From NCBI GenBank assembly GCA_020721875.1, contig DYLX01000001.1:41995-105994 (forward strand): 64,000 nucleotides of DNA, read 5' to 3'. Position numbers and translations under genes: made by a program. Numbering within the stretch: position 1 is the first letter of the stretch; each line of letters begins with the position of its first letter. The stretch is from Leptospira biflexa. Lineage in GTDB: Bacteria; Spirochaetota; Spirochaetia; Treponematales; Rectinemataceae. This document shows positions 37,376 through 46,360 of the stretch, one piece after another. The notes under the pieces were generated by a model that did not search any database, was not told the origin of the DNA, and was given only the letters and a program-made list of their open reading frames with translations.

Positions 37376-38827
37376 TTACGGCAGCGTGCCGAGAATATCG
37401 TTCGCAAATACCTGCCCTGCAAGAGTTCGAAGGGCGTTGGATAGCGCATCTCGCTCCGATGCCCCCATACCCTGCGCACTCTTGCTCGCGGAGTACAGCG
37501 TTGTGCCGTTCGCAAGATCGTACACATTCATCGATCCACTCACCGAGGCGATAAAGTAGTCGCCGTCCTTCGATACCGCGCCGATATCGATCGATGCAAG
37601 GGCAAAGCGCTGCATATTTGGAGGCGCCAAAGCTCTGAGCTGCGCGATATCCGGCGCTGAACTCGACGGTGACGCAGCATCCGCTAAAACAAAGCCCTGT
37701 TTTACGAGCGCTTCTTTGAGGCTGAGGCTGAAAGTGCTGAGGTCGAGGGTAAGCGCTGCTTGTTGGCTGTTCGCACGAACTGCGATTGCCAGAGGGATGT
37801 TTTTAGCTGCCGACACAACGCTATAATTCGCGTATGCTACCTTGCTCGACAAATCAGCTTCCACCGCGTCGCTATAGGGCAATGCCCACGATGGCAGGCT
37901 GGAAAAAAGATCGCTAATACTCGCGAAGTCTATTTGCACCGAAACGCGAAATTTCCCCGCGATATCGATGGCCTTGAGAGTAAATGCGGCATCTCCATTC
38001 GTATCGGTGAAGGCTTGGGTGGTTGCGGTGCCCACTCGTCCAGAGGAGAGTTTTTTGGGATACGCGATGGAAAGGGGCGCGCCAGCAACAGGCTGCGAGG
38101 TCCCACCATGGTTTGTCGTAAGCCTCGCAGTAATCGTCGGTAGCGATCCGCCGAGAGGAATCTGGGAGTTCGATCCTGAAACGATGGACAGCATGAGTGT
38201 TGCCGCGATGGAGGAAGCTTTCTTTGCGTTGCGCTCGAGCTTGATCTGAGCATTGTCGATGTCCGATCCAGCCGCGGCGGTCATGGCCTCAGCGTAGAAT
38301 CGAATTGCGTCAAGCTGCCTGCCTTCAGCCGCCGCAGCGTCGCCCTTCTGTTCGGGAACCGCCACGGCATCAAATTTCTCTTTAAAGAGAGCTTCGAGAC
38401 GCGCTTTCTCCTTTTGAAGCTCCTTCGTTTCATACCGCGCGAGCACATGCACAGTGTAGAGGCCGGACTTTGCATCCTTATTGATATATTTCTCGACGAC
38501 CTCAAAACCTGCAATGCGGCCCTGAGACTCCGTCTTCACGGTCTGAGTAATCTGCGCCTGGTAATCGCTAAGCGAGGCCTTCGCCTCCGCACTCGATGAG
38601 ACGCTGATCGAGACGCCCATGTACTTCATAATGCCTGCAACGAGCGAGGCTGTCGCGTCGCCAATGGTGGTCGCGCTGTCGGTGCCCGAGGAAGAGCCCA
38701 CAAAGAAGGTGTATTTTGAATCGGGTTGCGGGGTCTGCAGCACCCATTGCGGAACCTTAGGCGCGCTTGCGCAGCCAGAGACGATTACCGCGATCGCCGC
38801 CATAAGAACGACACTACGCTTTTTCAT
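37376..38827 (-). CDS. large lipoprotein with LPP20-like N-terminal module
   Basis: Lipobox VSGC. PQWVL...YFVGSSSG...A...LA pattern reminiscent of LPP20/FlgP-type lipoproteins, followed by beta-rich middle and C-terminal modules. ATG at 38827. Confidence 0.6.
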   Translation of the reverse strand: MKKRSVVLMAAIAVIVSGCASAPKVPQWVLQTPQPDSKYTFFVGSSSGTDSATTIGDATASLVAGIMKYMGVSISVSSSAEAKASLSDYQAQITQTVKTESQGRIAGFEVVEKYINKDAKSGLYTVHVLARYETKELQKEKARLEALFKEKFDAVAVPEQKGDAAAAEGRQLDAIRFYAEAMTAAAGSDIDNAQIKLERNAKKASSIAATLMLSIVSGSNSQIPLGGSLPTITARLTTNHGGTSQPVAGAPLSIAYPKKLSSGRVGTATTQAFTDTNGDAAFTLKAIDIAGKFRVSVQIDFASISDLFSSLPSWALPYSDAVEADLSSKVAYANYSVVSAAKNIPLAIAVRANSQQAALTLDLSTFSLSLKEALVKQGFVLADAASPSSSAPDIAQLRALAPPNMQRFALASIDIGAVSKDGDYFIASVSGSMNVYDLANGTTLYSASKSAQGMGASERDALSNALRTLAGQVFANDILGTLP

Positions 38828-38880
38828 GATACTTTTCCTCAAGAACCAACTGTGCTCGCCGGCGGGGAACCCGCGGCATG

Positions 38881-38922
38881 AAAAAATGCCCTGGCGCACG
38901 CTTGAATGAGTACGGCCAGGGC
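38881..38922 (-). terminator. intrinsic terminator or attenuator between lipoprotein genes 2 and 1
   Basis: Minus strand GCCCTGGC-19 nt-GCCAGGGC followed by ATTTTTT. Confidence 0.55.
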
Positions 38923-38938
38923 GGGAAGATACTAGACG

Positions 38939-39586
38939 TCACTCGCCGAAGAAATCCTTGGCAACCGTATTCTGTACGAGATCCATGGCGCGCTTTTGCT
39001 CAGGAGTCGGCTGCTGCACTCCAGCCAATTGCGAAAGCATCATATCGAATTGCTTTTGCAGCATATCTTTGGTGATCGCCCAGAGCTGAATGACGCGATA
39101 GATCTGCTTATCGGGCTTATTCTCCGGCGTATAGGTCTGGACCTTTACCCACCAATCGGATTCCTGCCGGAACCCGGAGAATTTGGCCTCGCCGACACTC
39201 GCCACAAAGCGCTCTCCGTAGGCTCCAAAATTCTTCGAGTCCGCATCCGCCACATTTGCGCCTTTGAAGGCATCTTTTACTCTCGTAGACAGATAGCGGG
39301 CAATTTCAGTATCTGCCTGCATACGTTCAGCGAGTAACTGTGCACTCTGGAGATTCTGAGCCTCGAACTGCGCGATAAATACGACATAGTCCTTATAATC
39401 GGCCAACTTTTCAATATCCTTGTATCCCCCGAGAATCGCGAGTTCCACCCATTTCGGCGTCCTTACGCCGTAGGCGGTTCCCTTATCCTCAAGAAGTACT
39501 TCGCCCTTTCTCAACGGCGCCTTTGTGCCACACGAAGCCAAAATGGCCACGAGCAACAACACTAGAATAACTTTCCCTACTTTCAT
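38939..39586 (-). CDS. lipoprotein, function unknown
   Basis: Signal peptide with lipobox LASC. TPKWVELA... motif similar to that in the neighbouring lipoprotein. Good RBS (AGGAGG). Confidence 0.6.
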   Translation of the reverse strand: MKVGKVILVLLLVAILASCGTKAPLRKGEVLLEDKGTAYGVRTPKWVELAILGGYKDIEKLADYKDYVVFIAQFEAQNLQSAQLLAERMQADTEIARYLSTRVKDAFKGANVADADSKNFGAYGERFVASVGEAKFSGFRQESDWWVKVQTYTPENKPDKQIYRVIQLWAITKDMLQKQFDMMLSQLAGVQQPTPEQKRAMDLVQNTVAKDFFGE

Positions 39587-39623
39587 CGTTTCCTCCTATA
39601 AAACATCTTTTTATTCAAAATTA

Positions 39624-40709
39624 TTAGAGCCCTGTATTGAATGTGTAGGATCTGCCCCTCATGTAGAGCAAGTAGCTATCCGGAAAACCAGCCGCCGATG
39701 CCGCTTCGTAAATCGCGTCCTGTATCCTTGAAGCTGGCATAAATGCATAGAGCGCGAAGCGGGATTCGCCAGGAGCATATGACAGCTGCTCTACTTCCCT
39801 GACCTTCTTCGAGAGGTTACGTTGAAATTGCGCGATCGATTTTGCGTCGGGCGTGTTCTGGAGAATAAGTTCGTAGCGCACTCCCCTCGTGGCAACTGAA
39901 CTAGCCATAAGCGCTTTCGATTGTTCCGTGACCTTCGGCATTGCGAGCCACACCGCTCCTGCGATCGCATTCATCATGGCGGCGTCAGAGGATACGGGGC
40001 TGAAGGTCTGCGGGCTCAAGAACGAGATTGCACCAAGGAGCGCGGCAGTAGATGCATCAAAAATCTTCATGCTGCCTTGAGCTGAACCCGACCAACTCCC
40101 AGGCCCGCCTCCAAAGCTCGTTTTAGCATCGATTTCAAGGTAGATGTCTGCGTTGAGTTTCTGCGCGATATAGGTAATGATATCGATCGAACCGCCCGTT
40201 TCGGATTGATAGGCGCTCATCTGGTCTTTTTTATTCTTTTGAATTTGGTCGAAGTCGATCACCGAGAGCCCGAGTTTCTCGATGAGATAGCGGTTAGCCT
40301 GTGAAACGGCCGCCTTCGCAAGCTGCGGATCGAGCCCCGAATTTTCGTTGTAGTATACGAGGTAGCTTATCCTATTGAGGTACGTTTGAAGGAACTTAGC
40401 TTCGTCGGGAGTAAGTGCGTCCGAGGCAAAGGCAGTAGTCTGCTGGATCGGCGTGGCGGCAAGCGGGGGTGAGCTCCCCGGCACTGGCTGGCCCTGAACA
40501 ATCCCCTTCGCAGTCGCGTTGGGATCTTGCGTCGGCACTGGAAGGCTCGATGGCATATCGGGAGTCGAGGTGCTCTGAACAATATTCTTTGCCTGTTGAG
40601 ATTCAGCGCTTGGGCCCTTTACCGGGGGAGGCGGAGATGCGCAACCAGCGAGCCCGATAATGATCATTGCCGTTATCAGGAACGAACGTACGATTATATT
40701 AGTTTTCAT
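39624..40709 (-). CDS. lipoprotein with Pro/Ser-rich linker, function unknown
   Basis: ATG at 40709 gives MKTNIIVRSFLITAMIIIGLAGC (canonical lipobox LAGC). A low-complexity linker of about 70 aa is followed by a globular domain. Confidence 0.6.
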   Translation of the reverse strand: MKTNIIVRSFLITAMIIIGLAGCASPPPPVKGPSAESQQAKNIVQSTSTPDMPSSLPVPTQDPNATAKGIVQGQPVPGSSPPLAATPIQQTTAFASDALTPDEAKFLQTYLNRISYLVYYNENSGLDPQLAKAAVSQANRYLIEKLGLSVIDFDQIQKNKKDQMSAYQSETGGSIDIITYIAQKLNADIYLEIDAKTSFGGGPGSWSGSAQGSMKIFDASTAALLGAISFLSPQTFSPVSSDAAMMNAIAGAVWLAMPKVTEQSKALMASSVATRGVRYELILQNTPDAKSIAQFQRNLSKKVREVEQLSYAPGESRFALYAFMPASRIQDAIYEAASAAGFPDSYLLYMRGRSYTFNTGL

Positions 40710-40794
40710 ATTAATGATATTATCGAATATCTTTTTGTTACTTGCAAGGATAATTTTAATAGTTATACGATTCATCAACCGCTGCGAGGATCCG

Positions 40795-41358
40795 ATGCGA
40801 AGCGCGCACACTTGTGCAGTGCCATATTTTTTGCTCATGCTGTACGCGGCGCTCTGTCTTGCGGGACTTGGCGCGCAAACTCCTCAATCAAAAGGAGATA
40901 GGCAAAGAACCGCTGGTGCTCCGCAGCATCTACTTCACCGAGACAGGCTGCGGCCACTGCGACGCATTTCTGTACGCGCAGAAGCAGAAATTGGAACAGG
41001 AGTATTCTGTTCGCATCGAGTTGGAGAAGCACGACATACTTTCGACAGAGGGATATGCTCTCTGCGTTCGTATGCTACGTGAGCGTAACCTGAAGTTCAC
41101 CGTGTTTCCAGTGCTCTTCATGGGTTCGAATGTCTATCGGGGGAGCGACGCGGTCGCGACAAATATTGTTTTGGAGATCCAACATTTCAAAGTGAAGGGT
41201 ACTTACCTCCCCGCGATGCAGCCCAGCAATGAGTTTGCGAAAGAGAATACCGAGCATGCCAAAGCATTTAGTCTCGCACTATTGCCCACCTCGCGGTGGT
41301 GCGCGTGCTCTCTGCACTCTTCTTTGCGGCGATGGGAATTCTTGTGTGGGTGGTCTAA
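40795..41358 (+). pseudogene. secreted thioredoxin-fold (CGHC) gene with two frame changes
   Basis: Signal peptide (MRSAHTCAVPYFLLMLYAALCLAGLGA) in frame 1. The Trx-like domain (YFTETGCGHCDAF) is in frame 2, after an A4 run at 40890-40893. A hydrophobic tail (LAVVRVLSALFFAAMGILVWVV-stop) is back in frame 1, after a C3 run at 41285-41287. Confidence 0.4.
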
Positions 41359-41432
41359 TGAGCGATGCGCGATTCGAACGCGCGACCTTCGGCTCCGGAG
41401 GCCGACGCTCTATCCAGCTGAGCTAATCGCCC
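41359..41432 (-). tRNA. tRNA-Arg (anticodon CCG)
   Basis: Reverse complement reads GGGCGATTAGCTCAGCTGGATAGAGCGTCGGCCTCCGGAGCCGAAGGTCGCGCGTTCGAATCGCGCATCGCTCA. Anticodon loop CTCCGGA. Confidence 0.9.
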
Positions 41433-41452
41433 GTATAAGATTGACTGGAGGC

Positions 41453-41481
41453 ATGATAATTGTTCAGCACCTTCACGTCAA
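41453..41481 (-). promoter_or_regulatory. putative sigma70-type promoter for tRNA-Arg(CCG)
   Basis: Minus strand TTGACG (41481-41476), 17-nt spacer, TATCAT (41458-41453), about 20 nt upstream of the tRNA. Confidence 0.55.
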
Positions 41482-41550
41482 GCGCGCAAGCGTACCACGC
41501 GTTGCCTCAAGCTTGGCAAGAATTCCCGTTCCCTTTACATTTAAGGCAAT

Positions 41551-42210
41551 ATGTACGGTGAACCGATCATTTTGGCCAGCGAGTCGCCGCGCCGCGCCGC
41601 GATTCTGGAATCTCTTCACATTCCCTTTGTAAAAATCTTCCCCTCTATCGACGAAACGGTGTTCGACCACCTAGATCCGGCTGAACGAGTATCAGCACTT
41701 GCCGCCACGAAGGCGCGGCGCGGCTCACTGCTATGGGAGGAATCGCGCGAAAAACGCCCCAAAGCATGGGTGGCAGAGGGTCTTGCTGATGTAAAAGCCT
41801 CTCCCCGCTTTGTGCTCGGCGCTGACACTCTCGTCGCCTTCAAAACTGAACATGGCTGGGAGACAATCGGAAAGCCGACGGATATTCGCGATGCGGAAGC
41901 GATGCTGCGCCGCGAGCGCGGGGTGCGACAGTATGTGTTCAGCGGCATATGTCTTCTCGACATAGAACAAAATCGTCCAGAACTCGCGCTTTCGGTATCC
42001 GAAGTGAAATTCGCCCCGATGACCGATGCAGATATCGCATGGTACCTTACCTTCGACGAGTGGAAGGGAGCCGCCGGTGCATACCGCGTGCAAGGTGTGG
42101 GCTCCTACTTTATAGAAGAGATCAAGGGCTCGTTCTCCGGCGTGATGGGGTTGCCAATTCATGAATTATATGGCATTCTCAAAAAGTCCGGATATTTGGC
42201 TTCTCAGTAA
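41551..42210 (+). CDS. maf: Maf-family nucleoside triphosphate pyrophosphatase
   Basis: ILASESPRRAAIL N-terminus, GADTLV and GAYRVQG motifs. Confidence 0.9.
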   Translation: MYGEPIILASESPRRAAILESLHIPFVKIFPSIDETVFDHLDPAERVSALAATKARRGSLLWEESREKRPKAWVAEGLADVKASPRFVLGADTLVAFKTEHGWETIGKPTDIRDAEAMLRRERGVRQYVFSGICLLDIEQNRPELALSVSEVKFAPMTDADIAWYLTFDEWKGAAGAYRVQGVGSYFIEEIKGSFSGVMGLPIHELYGILKKSGYLASQ

Positions 42211-42342
42211 TGAAAAGAACAAATACTGCGACACACGGCATCTGATTGCCGTATATTTTCCACCTGTCATTCCGTACGCGAATGGACAGGATGAGATAAA
42301 AGGAAGGGGACCGAAAGCCATTTTCGGTCACGGGAGGTCTAC

Positions 42343-43224
42343 GTGGCAGTAGTCACCATGAAAAACCTGCTTGAATCAGGTGTGCACTTTGGTCACCAGG
42401 TCAAGCGATGGGATCCGCGGATGAAGAAATACATTTTCGCGGAGCGCAATGGTATTCACATCATCGATCTGCAGAAAACCATTCAGGCGATCAAAGAAGC
42501 CTACGACGCGGTGCAGAAGACAGTCAGTTCGGGCAAAACCGTCCTCTTTGTAGGTACCAAAAAGCAGGCGCAGGCCGCGATTCAGAAAGAGGCGGAGCGC
42601 TGCGAACAGTTCTATGTCAACAACCGTTGGCTTGGCGGTATGCTCACTAATTTTTCGACGATCCGTAAATCCATCCAGAGACTCAAAAAGATTGAGCGTA
42701 TGGAAGTAGATGGCACGTTCAACAGTCTCACCAAGAAAGAAATCGCAAGTCTTCTCAAAGAGAAAACCAAGCTAGAAAAGAACCTGGGCGGCATCAAAGA
42801 GATGACGAGCCTTCCGGGCATTCTCTTTGTCGTCGACACACGCAAAGAGGCCATTGCGGTTGCTGAAGCGCAGCGCCTCGGCATTCCCATTGTCGCCATC
42901 GTCGATACGAACTGCAATCCCGAGGGCATAACCTACCCAATCCCCGGCAACGACGACGCCATCCGCTCCATTAGCCTTTTCACGCAAATTATCGCCAATG
43001 CGGTCATCGAGGCAGGTGCTTCCGAAGGCCTCAAGATCATCGAGACGCTTCCGACCGAGGAAGAACAGGAGCTTTCTGTCCCCGCCAAAGTCGAAGAAGA
43101 CGAGGTTGAGATCGATGTCGAGAACTACGCTGCTTCTTCCGTGCAAACCGAGAAGGAGCCCGAGGAAAATGCCGAAACTGATGCTCCAATCATAGACGAG
43201 GACCGTCTCTACGAGGAAAACTGA
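42343..43224 (+). CDS. rpsB: 30S ribosomal protein S2 with acidic C-terminal tail
   Basis: [27 protein letters not shown] is the conserved S2 N-terminus. This supports the GTG start at 42343 behind the GGGAGG RBS. Confidence 0.95.
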   Translation: MAVVTMKNLLESGVHFGHQVKRWDPRMKKYIFAERNGIHIIDLQKTIQAIKEAYDAVQKTVSSGKTVLFVGTKKQAQAAIQKEAERCEQFYVNNRWLGGMLTNFSTIRKSIQRLKKIERMEVDGTFNSLTKKEIASLLKEKTKLEKNLGGIKEMTSLPGILFVVDTRKEAIAVAEAQRLGIPIVAIVDTNCNPEGITYPIPGNDDAIRSISLFTQIIANAVIEAGASEGLKIIETLPTEEEQELSVPAKVEEDEVEIDVENYAASSVQTEKEPEENAETDAPIIDEDRLYEEN

Positions 43225-43245
43225 GCAATTTCGAGGAGAAAAATT

Positions 43246-44097
43246 GTGGAAATCAAAGCTACGGATGTAAAGGCTCTGCGCGAAAAGACCGGCGCAGGCA
43301 TGATGGATTGCAAGAAGGCCTTGACCGAGGCCAATGGCGATTTTGCCGCCGCGGAGAAGCTTTTGCGCGAGTGGGGCATGGCTGGCGTCGAGAAGCGCGC
43401 CGGCCGCGCCACCAACGAGGGACGCATCTTTGTCGCGCAGAACGCTCACGAGCTTGCGCTCGTCGAAATCGCCTGCGAAACCGACTTTGTCGCGCGAAAT
43501 CAGGATTTTATAAACGCGGGCACCAAGGTCGTAGAGACCGCGCTCGCACAGAAGGCGAATGCAGCGAACGAGAGCCTCGAAGGCCTCGTGAAAGAGATCG
43601 CCTCAAAGATCAAAGAGAACATCACACTCAAACGCGTGGCATACTTCCGCGCGGGCGCACTCGAGACTCTCCACGCCTACCTGCACGGCGAAGGCCGTAT
43701 CGGCGTCGTGGTAAAGTTCAGCGCAAACGACGCGACCGCTTTCAAGAATGAGAAGGTTGCAGCCTTTATTCACGATATCGCGCTCCATGTCGCCGCCTTC
43801 AATCCTATGTTCCTCGATGAGACCAAGGTTCCGGCCTCCTGGCTGGCTGAGCAGAAGGAAATTTTCCAGAAGCAGATCGACCTGGACGAAAAGATGAAGA
43901 GCAAGCCTGCCAAAGTGCTTGAAGGGATTCTCGCCGGCAAGGTGAAGAAGCTCCTCGCCGATGTATGCCTCGTCGATCAGGGTTTTGTTCGGGATGAGAA
44001 GGTTACCGTCGCGGCCGCGTTGCAGCAGGTTGCAAAAGAGACAGGATTCCAGCTCGCCATCGCGGAGTACTATTTTGCAAAAGTGGGACAAAGCTGA
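43246..44097 (+). CDS. tsf: elongation factor Ts
   Basis: VKALREKTGAGMMDCKKAL UBA-like N-terminus. GTG start. Confidence 0.95.
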   Translation: MEIKATDVKALREKTGAGMMDCKKALTEANGDFAAAEKLLREWGMAGVEKRAGRATNEGRIFVAQNAHELALVEIACETDFVARNQDFINAGTKVVETALAQKANAANESLEGLVKEIASKIKENITLKRVAYFRAGALETLHAYLHGEGRIGVVVKFSANDATAFKNEKVAAFIHDIALHVAAFNPMFLDETKVPASWLAEQKEIFQKQIDLDEKMKSKPAKVLEGILAGKVKKLLADVCLVDQGFVRDEKVTVAAALQQVAKETGFQLAIAEYYFAKVGQS

Positions 44098-44189
44098 TTC
44101 GCTTTAACCAATGACCGGAAATAAAGGGTGGTCTGTCTATACCTGGCTGCCCTTTTTACACGCAGTATCGCTGAGCGAGGAGAGAATAT

Positions 44190-44744
44190 ATGAATTCGAT
44201 TAAGACTGCCTACGAAGAGAGAATGAAAAAGACGATCGGTGCCCTTCACGATGAGTTCAACACTATTCGGACCGGCAGAGCCTCACCGGCCTTACTCGAT
44301 AAAATTCGAGTCGATTATTATGGTCAAAAATCGCCCCTCTCTCAGGTCGCGACGGTTTCCGTTCCCGAGGCCAGATTGATCGTCATTCAGCCTTGGGACA
44401 GATCGCTTTTTAGCGAAATAGAGAAGGCGATTCTTAAATCCGACCTCGGGCTCAACCCTTCCAACGATGGAAAAGTACTCCGAATTGCCATTCCTCCCCT
44501 TACCGAGCAGCGAAGAAAGGAACTCGTCAAAACAGCACGTAATGTTGCTGAACAGTCGAGGATCTCCATACGAAATATTCGGCGCGATGGTCTTGAAGAG
44601 CTTAAAAAAATGCTGAGCGCAGGAGGTGTCGCCGAAGACGAGGTAAAGAAGGAAGAGGCCGAGCTCCAAAAGCTTACGGACGACTATATTGCCCAGATCG
44701 GTAAAATTCTTGAAATAAAAGAAAAAGAAATCATGGAAGTCTGA
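44190..44744 (+). CDS. frr: ribosome recycling factor
   Basis: 184 aa with TIRTGRASPALLD and IRNIRRD motifs. Confidence 0.95.
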   Translation: MNSIKTAYEERMKKTIGALHDEFNTIRTGRASPALLDKIRVDYYGQKSPLSQVATVSVPEARLIVIQPWDRSLFSEIEKAILKSDLGLNPSNDGKVLRIAIPPLTEQRRKELVKTARNVAEQSRISIRNIRRDGLEELKKMLSAGGVAEDEVKKEEAELQKLTDDYIAQIGKILEIKEKEIMEV

Positions 44745-44756
44745 GGATCTCCGAGC

Positions 44757-45452
44757 ATGGATGAAAATCGCACACCTAGGCATGTCGCCATCATCATGGA
44801 TGGTAACGGGCGGTGGGCAAAACAAAGAGGACTCGCGCGCACAGAAGGGCACCAGGAAGGGCTCGAGGTTGCGAAACGGATTGTGCTCACCGCACGGCTC
44901 GCCGGAGTACGTTTCATTTCGCTCTATACATTTTCCACTGAAAATTGGAAGCGAACTGCCCAAGAGGTTGGTTTTTTAATGTCGCTCATCAGGATTCACC
45001 TGATGAAGGAACTCGATTTCTATCGTCAGAATGAAATCCGCATCATCCACTCAGGAGACCGGCGGGCTCTCCCCCGCGAAGTGCTCCAAGAAATTGACCA
45101 TGCGGTCGAGGATACGCGGCACCACGATGGTCTCACGGTAAATCTCGCCATCAATTATGGCGGACGCGACGAGGTTCTTAGAGCCGTGGAGCGCATGGCG
45201 GCCTCGAAATTCCCCGCAACTATTGACGAAGATGCGATAAGAAGCCACCTCGACCATCCAGAACTTCCTGACCCAGATCTTATCATTCGAACTGGTGGCG
45301 AAATGCGGCTTTCGAACTTTCTTCTCTGGCAATCAGCCTACAGCGAACTCTACTTTTCTCCTAAGTATTGGCCCGATTTCACCCCTGAAGATTTCCTGCA
45401 GGCGCTCGAGAGTTATGCACACCGCGAACGTAGATTTGGAGATGCCCGGTGA
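44757..45452 (+). CDS. uppS: undecaprenyl diphosphate synthase
   Basis: HVAIIMDGNGRWA, FSTENWKR and RTGGEMRLSNFLLWQ motifs. Confidence 0.95.
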   Translation: MDENRTPRHVAIIMDGNGRWAKQRGLARTEGHQEGLEVAKRIVLTARLAGVRFISLYTFSTENWKRTAQEVGFLMSLIRIHLMKELDFYRQNEIRIIHSGDRRALPREVLQEIDHAVEDTRHHDGLTVNLAINYGGRDEVLRAVERMAASKFPATIDEDAIRSHLDHPELPDPDLIIRTGGEMRLSNFLLWQSAYSELYFSPKYWPDFTPEDFLQALESYAHRERRFGDAR

Positions 45453-46327
45453 ATACGAATACGAGAGCGAGGCTGCTTCTGTTTTTTATCGGCATACCAC
45501 TGTTCGCCGCGGTGCTCTTCTTTGTGCCCTTCGCGCACTATGGGGTGCTCGCCGCCCTCATTCTCGCCGTTCAGTATCTCTCTTCCCTTGAAATTCGAAA
45601 AATGCTCCCGGCTGGCGGACTCACGGACCCCGGTGTTTGGACTTCGCTTATGGGAATTGCGCAGTCGGGGCTCGTCTACGCGCTCTGCCTTGCGAATGTA
45701 GAACCTACACACACTGCTGAGGTCATCCTACTTTCCTTCTCTGTGCTCCTCAGCGTTCTTCTTGCGCCTCTCGGTTTTGCAAAAAAAGATAAATTTCAGG
45801 AACTACTGAAGTTGGCTGGCTCCGTGTCGCTCATCCACTTTTACACGGCTCTTTTGCCGAGTCTCGTCATGCTGATCGCCGCTGGTTTTCCCCAGGCGCG
45901 CAACGCCATTATCAGTTTTGCCATGTTGACCTTCGGGAACGACAGTCTCGCGTGGCTCTTCGGGAAATACCTTGGAAAGAATAGGAATATCGTTGAGGTT
46001 TCGCCAAATAAGAGCCTCGCGGGATTCCTTGGCGGTAGCATCGGTTCGATCGCGGCAGCTTTCATTACGCTTGAGCTTCTCGACGCCGCGCCGCACGCGG
46101 GAGTCGCTGCGCTCGTGGTGCTCAGCATCGCGCTCGGTGTGGGAATGGCGTTTTTTGTAATTGCAGGAGATCTCTTCGAGAGTGCGCTGAAGCGCGCGGC
46201 TGGCAAGAAGGACTCGGGATTCATTGTGCCTGGGCGCGGGGGTGTATTGGATTCCTTCGACAGCCTCTACTTCAGCGCCCCGTTCTTCGTGGCGTTTTCA
46301 TTCTTATTCCATTTATTCGGGCTCTGA
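45449..46327 (+). CDS. cdsA: phosphatidate cytidylyltransferase
   Basis: Polytopic membrane protein with SALKRAAGKKDSGFIVPGRGGVLDSFDS signature. GTG start overlaps the uppS stop. Confidence 0.9.
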   Translation: MNTNTRARLLLFFIGIPLFAAVLFFVPFAHYGVLAALILAVQYLSSLEIRKMLPAGGLTDPGVWTSLMGIAQSGLVYALCLANVEPTHTAEVILLSFSVLLSVLLAPLGFAKKDKFQELLKLAGSVSLIHFYTALLPSLVMLIAAGFPQARNAIISFAMLTFGNDSLAWLFGKYLGKNRNIVEVSPNKSLAGFLGGSIGSIAAAFITLELLDAAPHAGVAALVVLSIALGVGMAFFVIAGDLFESALKRAAGKKDSGFIVPGRGGVLDSFDSLYFSAPFFVAFSFLFHLFGL

Positions 46328-46360
46328 TTGAACGAGGGTGGGGATTTGAATTCATTCAGT

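Noticed and set aside
40814-41632. 272-aa ORF taken at face value as a protein
   Set aside because: It runs antisense through tRNA-Arg(CCG) and into maf. Only its central part (the CGHC domain) looks genuine. Treated instead as part of a frame-disrupted gene.
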